From the NCBI GenBank assembly GCA_040904565.1, contig JBBDTI010000093.1, positions 1-15,053 of the forward strand: 15,053 nt of DNA, written 5' to 3'. Below are positions 1-6,200 of this stretch, one piece after another. Origin of the DNA: Rhodothermales bacterium. Lineage in GTDB: Bacteria > Bacteroidota > Rhodothermia > Rhodothermales > VXPQ01. How positions within the stretch are numbered: the first letter of the stretch is position 1; the number at the start of each line of letters is the position of its first letter. The notes beneath the pieces were generated by a model that saw only the letters and a program-made list of their open reading frames with translations, made no database searches and was not told where the DNA came from. The translations under genes and the position numbers were made by a program.

Positions 1-55
1 GAGCTTGCATTTCAAAGAGCATGCTACGAACCCAATCACGAATCGGCAGCGAACC

Positions 56-757
56 ATGATCAGAACGGTCAATCTCTCAAAAGTATACCGTACCGACGAG
101 GTTGAGACCTCGGCGCTCAACAACGTCAACCTTGAGATTCAGGCCGGTGAATTCGTCTCGATCATGGGCCCGTCGGGCTGCGGAAAATCGACGCTGCTCA
201 ACATTCTCGGACTGCTCGACAACCCTAGCAGCGGTGAATACCATTTTATGGGCCAGGAAGTCTCCGGACGTTCCGAGCGGCAGCGGGCAAATCTTCGCAA
301 GGGTTCTATCGGTTTCGTCTTCCAGAGCTTCAACCTGATCGACGAGCTGACGGTCTTCGAAAACGTAGAGCTGCCGCTGCTCTACATCGGCGTTTCGACC
401 AAGGAACGCCGCCGACTTGCCGACGCCACGCTGGAACGCGTGGGCATCATGCACCGGCGCAATCACTTCCCCCAGCAGCTTTCCGGAGGCCAGCAGCAGC
501 GGGTCGCCATCGCTCGTGCCGTCGTCGCCGATCCCAAGCTAATCCTGGCCGACGAGCCGACCGGAAACCTCGATTCTCAGCACGGCGAGGAGGTCATGTC
601 GCTTCTGACGGAAATGAACGAAGCGGGGACCACCATCATCATGGTGACACACTCCCCGGCCGATGCCGAATACAGCCAGCGCATCGTCCACCTGTTCGAC
701 GGTCACGTGGTCACGGAAAACTTCATGGAGCGGAAATACCTGACCCAGCCGGGCTAA
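56..757 (+). CDS. ABC transporter ATP-binding protein, LolD/MacB-like (MJ0796-type) family
   Basis: Walker [11 protein letters not shown]-loop FVFQSFNL, signature [14 protein letters not shown], Walker B/D-loop [12 protein letters not shown] and H-loop VTH. ATG at 56 ([11 protein letters not shown]) is the typical family N-terminus, so it is preferred over the ORF-track TTG at 5. Confidence 0.95.
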   Translation: MIRTVNLSKVYRTDEVETSALNNVNLEIQAGEFVSIMGPSGCGKSTLLNILGLLDNPSSGEYHFMGQEVSGRSERQRANLRKGSIGFVFQSFNLIDELTVFENVELPLLYIGVSTKERRRLADATLERVGIMHRRNHFPQQLSGGQQQRVAIARAVVADPKLILADEPTGNLDSQHGEEVMSLLTEMNEAGTTIIMVTHSPADAEYSQRIVHLFDGHVVTENFMERKYLTQPG

Positions 758-827
758 TCGACTGCGGCGCCGCTGAGCGCGCGGCCGTCATTCAGCCGGA
801 CGCATGTCCAATTACTCTGTATCTACG

Positions 828-965
828 ATGAAAAGACACGTCTGTCATTGCGTCCTCATTCTTGTATGAGTGTCGCAATACCGGCTGCCTATGTACAGAC
901 CGTCACGATAGATCTGAACGAGGAGCGCCAGACGATTGTCGCGAATGGCATAAATCTGGAAGGCT
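828..965 (+). pseudogene. 5' remnant of a secreted protein (signal peptide plus first strand, reminiscent of GH30/clan GH-A N-termini), frameshifted and truncated
   Basis: ATG 828 reads MKRHVCHCVLILV-stop. A 1-nt frame change continues MSVAIPAAYVQTVTIDLNEERQTIVANGINLEG, which resembles a signal peptide followed by a 'TVTIDxxxxxQTI' strand. Coding-like character is lost after ~965. The family resemblance is pattern recall only. Confidence 0.4.
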
Positions 966-1097
966 CCGATCGACCGCGCGGAGCCGCCTGTCACGGCCGC
1001 GACAGCGAACGGCTTGCATTTCGTCACCGAGAAATCGAAATAGGAGTCTGCGTACCAGCATCCGCGTTCCGAGACCGCCCATCAGGAAGTGTACACC

Positions 1098-2638
1098 ATG
1101 AGCCGACACTCGAAATTCCCATGCCGCCCCAGCAGGCTCGCTCGCCTGCCGGGCCGGGCTGCTGTTTCGGGCTGAAGAAACGCCGCAGGGGATGCGCGGC
1201 ATCTACGTGTCGCTCGCCGAAGACGATCTGGCCGCCTATCTCGTCACGCTCGGTCCGGATGGCCGGATAGACGATCGCGAGCGAATCTCTCCCGCGGACC
1301 GAAACGTGTGGAGCCAGACCGAGGATATCGCACCGCCGCCGGGTGTGGACGTGCCGACGTTCGCTCCGCCGCCGGGCGATTACCTGCCGGGCGAATGGAA
1401 TACGGTCGACGTCATGGTCTACGAATCGACCGTGTCGGGCATGTCCGGCTTCGAACGGAGCGAGGGCCACCGGGGCGTCGGTGGCGGACTTCAACGGGGA
1501 CGGCTTTATGGATGTCGGGGCCGGATCCCTTTACTGGCTCGGGCCGGAGTTTTCGGTCTCCCGGGAATTCTATCCGTTCGAGTCGTACAATCCGACGAAG
1601 ACGTATCCGGTCCCCTAGATGTATAACCTGGCCCACGACTTCACGGGCGACGGGCGGGCGGATTATCTGAGTATCGCCGGTACGGCGGGCAGCGGCGTCG
1701 GCACGCTGTACGTCAACCCCGGCGAGGAGGCGCGGCGATGGAACGACTACGAGGTGCTCCCCTCCGTCGGTAACGAGGTCACCGTCATGCACGACGTGGA
1801 CGGCGACGGGGAGCCGGAGATCGTCCACGCCTACCAGGCGCGGTACCTCGCGTATTCGGAGCCGGATCCGGAGGATCCCACGCAGACGTGGAGTACTACG
1901 ATTATCTCGGAGGCCGGCCCGTGGGGAGCGAACCAGCGGCACGGCCTGGGCGCCGGCGACATCAGCGGTGACGGGCGGGCGGACGTCGTGACGGTCTACG
2001 GCTGGTGGGAACAGCCCGATCCCGACGGCGGCGAGGAGCTGTGGACGTATCATCCGCGGGCCTTCGGACGACAGCCGGCGATGGCCGGCGTGCTCGGCGG
2101 CGCCGAGATGGGGGTGTGCGACGTGAACGGTGACGGACTCGCCGACGTCGTGACGTCGCTCGAGGCGCACGGCTTCGGACTCTCCTGGTTCGAGCAGGTG
2201 TGCGACGCGGAGGGCCGCATCTCGTTCGTGGAGCATAAGATCATGGACGGCTTCGGCGACGACAACGCCGGCGGCGTTACCTTCACCCAGCTGCACGGCG
2301 CGGCGTTCGCCGACGTGGACGGCGACGGGGTGATGGACCTGATTACGGGGAAGAGTTTCCAGCATCATTTCGGCTATGCCGATCCGGATGCATGGGGTCC
2401 GCCGGTGGTATACTGGAACCGCACGGTCCGCAATCCCGCTGCGCCGGGCGGGGCCGAGTTCGTGCCGGAGCTGATCCACGACCGGGCGGGCGTCGGCTCG
2501 AAGGTCGAGGTGGCGGACGTCGATGGGAGCGGCACACTCGACGTGGTCATTTCGGCGCACAACGGGACGTACGTGCTCCTGAACCACACGCCGCAGCGAA
2601 GGCCCGTTCGGCCGCAGGAAGTCCGTAACGGTCTCTGA
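1098..2638 (+). pseudogene. Disrupted secreted DUF1080-like plus FG-GAP/VCBS repeat (beta-propeller) protein
   Basis: AGGAAG precedes ATG 1098 (MSRHSKFPCRPSRLA, a basic n-region). A different frame from ~1147 gives CRAGLLFRAEETPQGMRGIYVSLAEDDLAAYLVTLGPDG...GEWNTVDV (DUF1080-like). Another frame from ~1473 gives GASVADFNGDGFMDVGAG...YPVP, then an in-frame TAG at 1616-1618, then MYNLAHDFTGDGRAD with further DxDGDG repeats. Confidence 0.72.
1619..2638 (+). CDS. Remaining open part of the FG-GAP/VCBS repeat protein (no signal peptide; probably not an independent gene)
   Basis: 339-aa ORF with repeats DFTGDGRAD, DVDGDGEPEI, DISGDGRADV, DVNGDGLADV, DVDGDGVMDL and DVDGSGTLDV. It begins directly after an in-frame TAG, and a further repeat lies upstream in the same frame. 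Confidence 0.6.
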   Translation: MYNLAHDFTGDGRADYLSIAGTAGSGVGTLYVNPGEEARRWNDYEVLPSVGNEVTVMHDVDGDGEPEIVHAYQARYLAYSEPDPEDPTQTWSTTIISEAGPWGANQRHGLGAGDISGDGRADVVTVYGWWEQPDPDGGEELWTYHPRAFGRQPAMAGVLGGAEMGVCDVNGDGLADVVTSLEAHGFGLSWFEQVCDAEGRISFVEHKIMDGFGDDNAGGVTFTQLHGAAFADVDGDGVMDLITGKSFQHHFGYADPDAWGPPVVYWNRTVRNPAAPGGAEFVPELIHDRAGVGSKVEVADVDGSGTLDVVISAHNGTYVLLNHTPQRRPVRPQEVRNGL

Positions 2639-3138
2639 CATCGGACGAATAGATCTGCTCCGCATTCAGGGCCAGCACGCGAAGCACGTCCTGTTGATGG
2701 GCTGAAATCTCATTCCAGAGACTCCGTATCAGCGGATCCTCGTTCCTGACCACCTCATCCAGCGCATCGGCTACGTCTTCCGTACAAACCGGACGCTCGA
2801 GGGCCAGTCCTCGGTAATACATCTGCCGCGCGACCTGAACGATGTCCTGCGTTCGGGGTCCCGCCTGGCGAATGAGCGCCCGTCCGACGTTGTTCTCCAC
2901 GTCGAGACCCAGGCCCAGTCGCCGTTCGAGCCATTCTGAGAAGTGCTCCTCGTAACGACCGCGCCTCCTCGGCAGCAGTGCGGATGGCCGAACTCTTGCC
3001 CATTCGCCTGGGGCCGTAGATGAGAAGCTTCGACGGCTCGCGCATCGCCGTTCGAATCCGTTCGGCTTCATGCTCGTGGGTCGTGAAGAACTCGCCCCGC
3101 ACGTGCTCGCCAATTCTGAATGGATTTGTCTTCGGCAT
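2600..3138 (-). pseudogene. Internally deleted and truncated P-loop ATPase (NPF...GPRRxGKS type, archaeal-ATPase/AAA-like, probable C-terminal winged helix)
   Basis: ATG 3138 reads MPKTNPFRIGEHVRGEFF...LLIYGPRRMGKSSAI (NPF motif plus Walker A). At ~2958 the plausible protein continues in another frame (YEEHFSEWLERRL...LWNEISAHQQDVLRVLA...RDRYGLPAA). No Walker B region is present, and the C-terminus runs into the end of the convergent FG-GAP gene. Confidence 0.75.
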
Positions 3139-3162
3139 GGATGCGGTGGTTTCGCTCGAGAA

Positions 3163-3184
3163 CGTTTCGCTTATAAGCGAAACG
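3163..3184. promoter_or_regulatory. Perfect 22-bp palindrome (CGTTTCGCTTATAAGCGAAACG), putative operator upstream of the ATPase pseudogene
   Basis: Exact self-complementarity, read directly. It lies 25 bp upstream of ATG 3138 and its centre contains a -10-like TATAAG on both strands. The regulatory role is inferred. Confidence 0.6.
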
Positions 3185-3273
3185 CTTGGAGGTGAATAAA
3201 GCAACTGGGATAGGAAGAGGGCTTACCGTATTTCTAGACTCGAGATTGGACATACGTTCGCGGTCTCGTTCGG

Positions 3274-3372
3274 GCGAGGTCGAATCTCATCCGCACGAGC
3301 GAATCAAGCTCTCACCCCTGCGGGTCATCGCAGGGGCGGAACGTGCCCTCCGGGACTGAGCCTCCACGTCGC
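3274..3372 (-). other. Unassigned structured intergenic element (candidate ncRNA, cis-regulatory RNA or mobile-element end)
   Basis: Hand-folded nested stems: outer 3274-3292/3353-3372 (imperfect), GCAC/GTGC 3293-3296/3343-3346, hairpin GAGC-N7-GCTC 3297-3311 and a 10-bp hairpin 3313-3338. Two A-C mismatches on the + strand become G-U pairs on the - strand. Confidence 0.4.
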
Positions 3373-3383
3373 AAAGGCCGCGA

Positions 3384-3412
3384 TTGACTAAACGCTCCAG
3401 ACGGCGTAGCAT
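3384..3412 (+). promoter_or_regulatory. Sigma70-type promoter TTGACT-N17-TAGCAT
   Basis: Near-consensus -35 (3384-3389) and -10 (3407-3412) with exactly 17-bp spacing, 36 bp upstream of ATG 3449. Confidence 0.65.
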
Positions 3413-3448
3413 GTTCTTCCTGCCTCCTTCCATTTGCGACGGATTCCG

Positions 3449-3895
3449 ATGCATGCTAGTGCCGCAACCACGCCCTCGAAAACGCCTGTGCACCTCTGGA
3501 TCATCGGCGGAATATCGCTCCTCTGGAACGCGTTCGGAGCGTTCGACTACCTGATGACGCAGCTCGAATTCGAGCCGTACATGAGTTCCTTCACGTCCGA
3601 GCAATTGGAGTACTTCTATTCGATGCCCGCCTGGGTAGATGCCGGCTGGGCGCTGGGCGTATGGGGAAGTGTTATCGGCTCCATCGGGCTCCTCCTCCGG
3701 CGGTCGTGGGCGGTGTGGGCCTTCGCGATCTCGGTGTTCGGCATGATCGTCACCAGCATCTATTCGTTCGTCCTGTCGGACGGCCTGATGATCATGGGCG
3801 TGGACGCCGCGTATTTTTCGGCCATTATTTGGGTCGTGGCGCTGGCACTCCTGTACTACGCGATCCGGATGACGGGCCGCGGCGTGCTGCGGTAA
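3449..3895 (+). CDS. Conserved hypothetical inner-membrane protein with about 4 TM helices
   Basis: Four hydrophobic segments, an N-terminal 'TPVHLWIIGGISLLWNAFGAFDYLMT' motif and 'MPAW...W...VWG...GxxGLLLRRxWA', which I recognise as a widespread uncharacterised family. ATG 3449 is preferred over TTG 3434. Confidence 0.85.
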   Translation: MHASAATTPSKTPVHLWIIGGISLLWNAFGAFDYLMTQLEFEPYMSSFTSEQLEYFYSMPAWVDAGWALGVWGSVIGSIGLLLRRSWAVWAFAISVFGMIVTSIYSFVLSDGLMIMGVDAAYFSAIIWVVALALLYYAIRMTGRGVLR

Positions 3896-3922
3896 CCTAG
3901 GCCTGAACCTTTTCAACCGACC

Positions 3923-5050
3923 ATGCGACGATCATCCTTTGTGATTCTTCTCGGTGGCCTGGTCCTTCTTTCCATCCTCGGAGAGCCCGTGGAGGCGGTG
4001 GGCCAGGACCAGCGCGGCGCGCAGCAGCAGTGGGATGGAGCGAACGCGGACCCGTGCTTCGACGCGCCGTCGTACGTCATATATCGGGCGCCGAGCGCTG
4101 TGGAGGCGGATGGCCGGCTCGACGAAATCGTCTGGGCGGCGGCGCCCTGGACTTCCGACTTCGTCGAGATGAGCGGGCAGGGGCCGTCTTCCCCTCAATT
4201 CGGGACGCGTGCCAAGATGGTGTGGAACGATGAGGCGCTATATGTAGCGGCCCGGCTCGAGGAGCCGCATGTATGGGCGACGCTTACGGAGCGAGACGCC
4301 AGGATCTATCTGGACAACGCGTTCGAAGTGTTTATCGACCCGAATGGGGACACGCACCATTACTACGAGCTGGAGGTCAATGCGCTGGGGACGTTGTGGG
4401 ATCTGATGCTCGTCAAACCGTATCGGGACGGCGGACCGTTGCTCAGCGCGTGGGACATTCGCGGCCTCGAGGTCGGGGTGCGCGTGGACGGGACGCTGAA
4501 CGATCCGACGGATACCGATGAAGGGTGGATCGTCGAACTGGCCCTGCCGTGGTCCGTCCTGGCGGAGGCCGCACCCGAGGCGCGACCGCCCCATGCCGGC
4601 GAACAGTGGCGGCTAAATTTTTCTCGGTCGCACTGGTCGCTAGCCGTCGTTGAGGACGAGTATCGAAAGGATCCGGACACGCCCGCGGACTGGTCGGTGT
4701 GGTCGCCCCAGGGAGAAATCGACATCCACAAGCCCGAGTGTTGGGGGTTCGTCCAGTTCGCAGAGACCTCCGTCGGCGATGGGACGGTCGCGTTCGTCGA
4801 GGATCCGAACGAGCAGATAAAGTGGGCGCTGCGCACGCTCTATTACCGGCAGCGGGATTTCTTCGAGGAACGCGGCGAATACGCCGACGACCTGGACGAT
4901 CTCGACGCCGGCGACATCGCCGTGGAAGGCGGGACCGTCGAGCCCCTGCTGCGGACCACGCAAAGCACGTATGAAATAACGAGTCCGGGCGTAAACGGAG
5001 CGACCGTCCACATCCGGCACGACGGGAAGGTGTGGACGACGGCTGAATAA
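3923..5050 (+). CDS. Secreted carbohydrate-binding family 9-like (CBM9/DOMON-like) protein
   Basis: Signal peptide MRRSSFVILLGGLVLL. CBM9-like motifs DGRLDE..W..APWT..F, TRAKMVWNDEALYVAARLEEPHVWATLTERD, DNAFEVFIDP, YYELEVNALGT, W.VELALPW, WRLNFSR and WSPQG.IDIH.PE.WG.VQF. Confidence 0.88.
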   Translation: MRRSSFVILLGGLVLLSILGEPVEAVGQDQRGAQQQWDGANADPCFDAPSYVIYRAPSAVEADGRLDEIVWAAAPWTSDFVEMSGQGPSSPQFGTRAKMVWNDEALYVAARLEEPHVWATLTERDARIYLDNAFEVFIDPNGDTHHYYELEVNALGTLWDLMLVKPYRDGGPLLSAWDIRGLEVGVRVDGTLNDPTDTDEGWIVELALPWSVLAEAAPEARPPHAGEQWRLNFSRSHWSLAVVEDEYRKDPDTPADWSVWSPQGEIDIHKPECWGFVQFAETSVGDGTVAFVEDPNEQIKWALRTLYYRQRDFFEERGEYADDLDDLDAGDIAVEGGTVEPLLRTTQSTYEITSPGVNGATVHIRHDGKVWTTAE

Positions 5051-5062
5051 ATCGACCGGTAG

Positions 5063-5121
5063 GGCATCTCGAACACTATCCCGTCCGCATCAGCACGTCC
5101 GGACGTTATAGTCGAGGTGCC
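5063..5121. terminator. Long imperfect hairpin between convergent genes (possible bidirectional terminator or mRNA 3' stabiliser)
   Basis: GGCATCTCGA(5063-5072)/TCGAGGTGCC(5112-5121), CTAT/ATAG and CGTCCG(5082-5087)/CGGACG(5100-5105). There is no U-tract on either side, so terminator function is uncertain. Confidence 0.4.
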
Positions 5122-5150
5122 GCGCGTCTATATGTGGAGCCGGGATCGGC

Positions 5151-6167
5151 CTACGCTCCAGCCCCCGCCGGATCGGGCCGCCACGATTGGAGCTCTTTCA
5201 TGTAGTTGGCCCGCTCGAACGCGGTCGGCTCGGTGACGTGCTGCTGGCTCATGCTGCCCTGCATCTGGCGGACGGACTCGTAGCCGTGCTCCTCCATCCA
5301 CATTTCGAGCGCGTGGACGATCTCCGTCAGCCGACCGATGCCGTTCGCGAGCAGCTCTGACGCCGTCATGGTCACGCTGGCGCCGGCCATGAGCCCTTTG
5401 AGCACGTCCTCGTGGGTGTGGACACCGCTCGTAATCGCGAAGTCGACGTCCACCCGCCCGTACAGCATGGCGACCCACCGGAGTGGAAGCCGCATCTCGG
5501 ACGAGCGGCTGAGGATCAGGTGCGGTGCGACCTCGAGCGCCTCCAGGTCGAAATCGGGCTGGTAGAATCGGTTGAACAGGACGAGACCGTTCGCGCCGTA
5601 CTCGGCCATGCGCTTCGCTACGTTGGCCATCGACGTGAAATACGGTCCAAGCTTCACCGCCAGCGGAATGGAGATACTCTCGCGGACGGTCCGGACGACG
5701 CTCAGATAGCGCTCTTCGACCTGTGCCCCGGTCAGGGATGGATCGGTGGGGATGTAGTAGATATTCAGCTCCAGGGCGTCCGCGCCGGCTTCCTCGATGT
5801 GACGGGCGTAGCGCGTCCAGCCGCCCGGCGATATGCCGTTCAGGCTGCCGATGACGGGTATGTCAACGGAGTCCTTCGCCCGGGTGATCTTGTTGAGATA
5901 ATCCTCCGGGCCCACGCGGTAAGAGCCCGGGTCGGGGAAGTACGAGAGGGCTTCCGCGAAGCTCTCGCTTCCGTAGTCGAGAAAGTGATCGAGCCGGTGG
6001 CCCTCACCGGTGATCTGCTCCTCGAAGAGCGAATGCATTACGATCGCCGCCGCCCCGGCATCCTCCAATCGGCGAATCGTGTCGAGCTGCTCGGAGAGCG
6101 GCGACGCCGAAGGGACGAGCGGGTTTGCGAAGTCGAGTCCGAGATACGTGGTCGAGAGATCCATCAT
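5151..6167 (-). CDS. Dihydroorotate dehydrogenase-like FMN protein (DHOD-like family usually found next to nifJ)
   Basis: [82 protein letters not shown]...K.LMAGA and C-terminal FERANY. It ends 33 bp downstream of nifJ's stop as a likely operon partner. The start is 6167 or 6164. Confidence 0.9.
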   Translation of the reverse strand: MMDLSTTYLGLDFANPLVPSASPLSEQLDTIRRLEDAGAAAIVMHSLFEEQITGEGHRLDHFLDYGSESFAEALSYFPDPGSYRVGPEDYLNKITRAKDSVDIPVIGSLNGISPGGWTRYARHIEEAGADALELNIYYIPTDPSLTGAQVEERYLSVVRTVRESISIPLAVKLGPYFTSMANVAKRMAEYGANGLVLFNRFYQPDFDLEALEVAPHLILSRSSEMRLPLRWVAMLYGRVDVDFAITSGVHTHEDVLKGLMAGASVTMTASELLANGIGRLTEIVHALEMWMEEHGYESVRQMQGSMSQQHVTEPTAFERANYMKELQSWRPDPAGAGA

Positions 6168-6200
6168 CTTTCTGTCTTGTCTGTCGTTCGGCCCTGCAGT

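Noticed and set aside
761-800. Possible terminator after the ABC ATPase, and an ACTGCGGCGC match to the 10361 repeat
   Set aside because: The stems are short with no U-tract, and a 10-bp GC-rich match is plausible by chance.
3-1022. GCTTGCATTTC present at 3-13 and 1012-1022, each upstream of a start codon
   Set aside because: Only two copies of 11 bp. The second has no GG at the sigma54 -24 position and no well-spaced -10, and the first is cut by the window edge.
1412-2665. 417-aa minus-strand ORF
   Set aside because: Antisense shadow of the FG-GAP repeat region.
3274-3372. tRNA, tRNA-Sec or tmRNA call prompted by the terminal GCCTCCA and a 7-nt loop
   Set aside because: No GTTCRA T-loop, no anticodon-arm geometry and no acceptor stem; kept only as an unassigned structure.
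3287-3916. 209-aa minus-strand ORF
   Set aside because: Antisense to the membrane protein, Arg-rich and without motifs.
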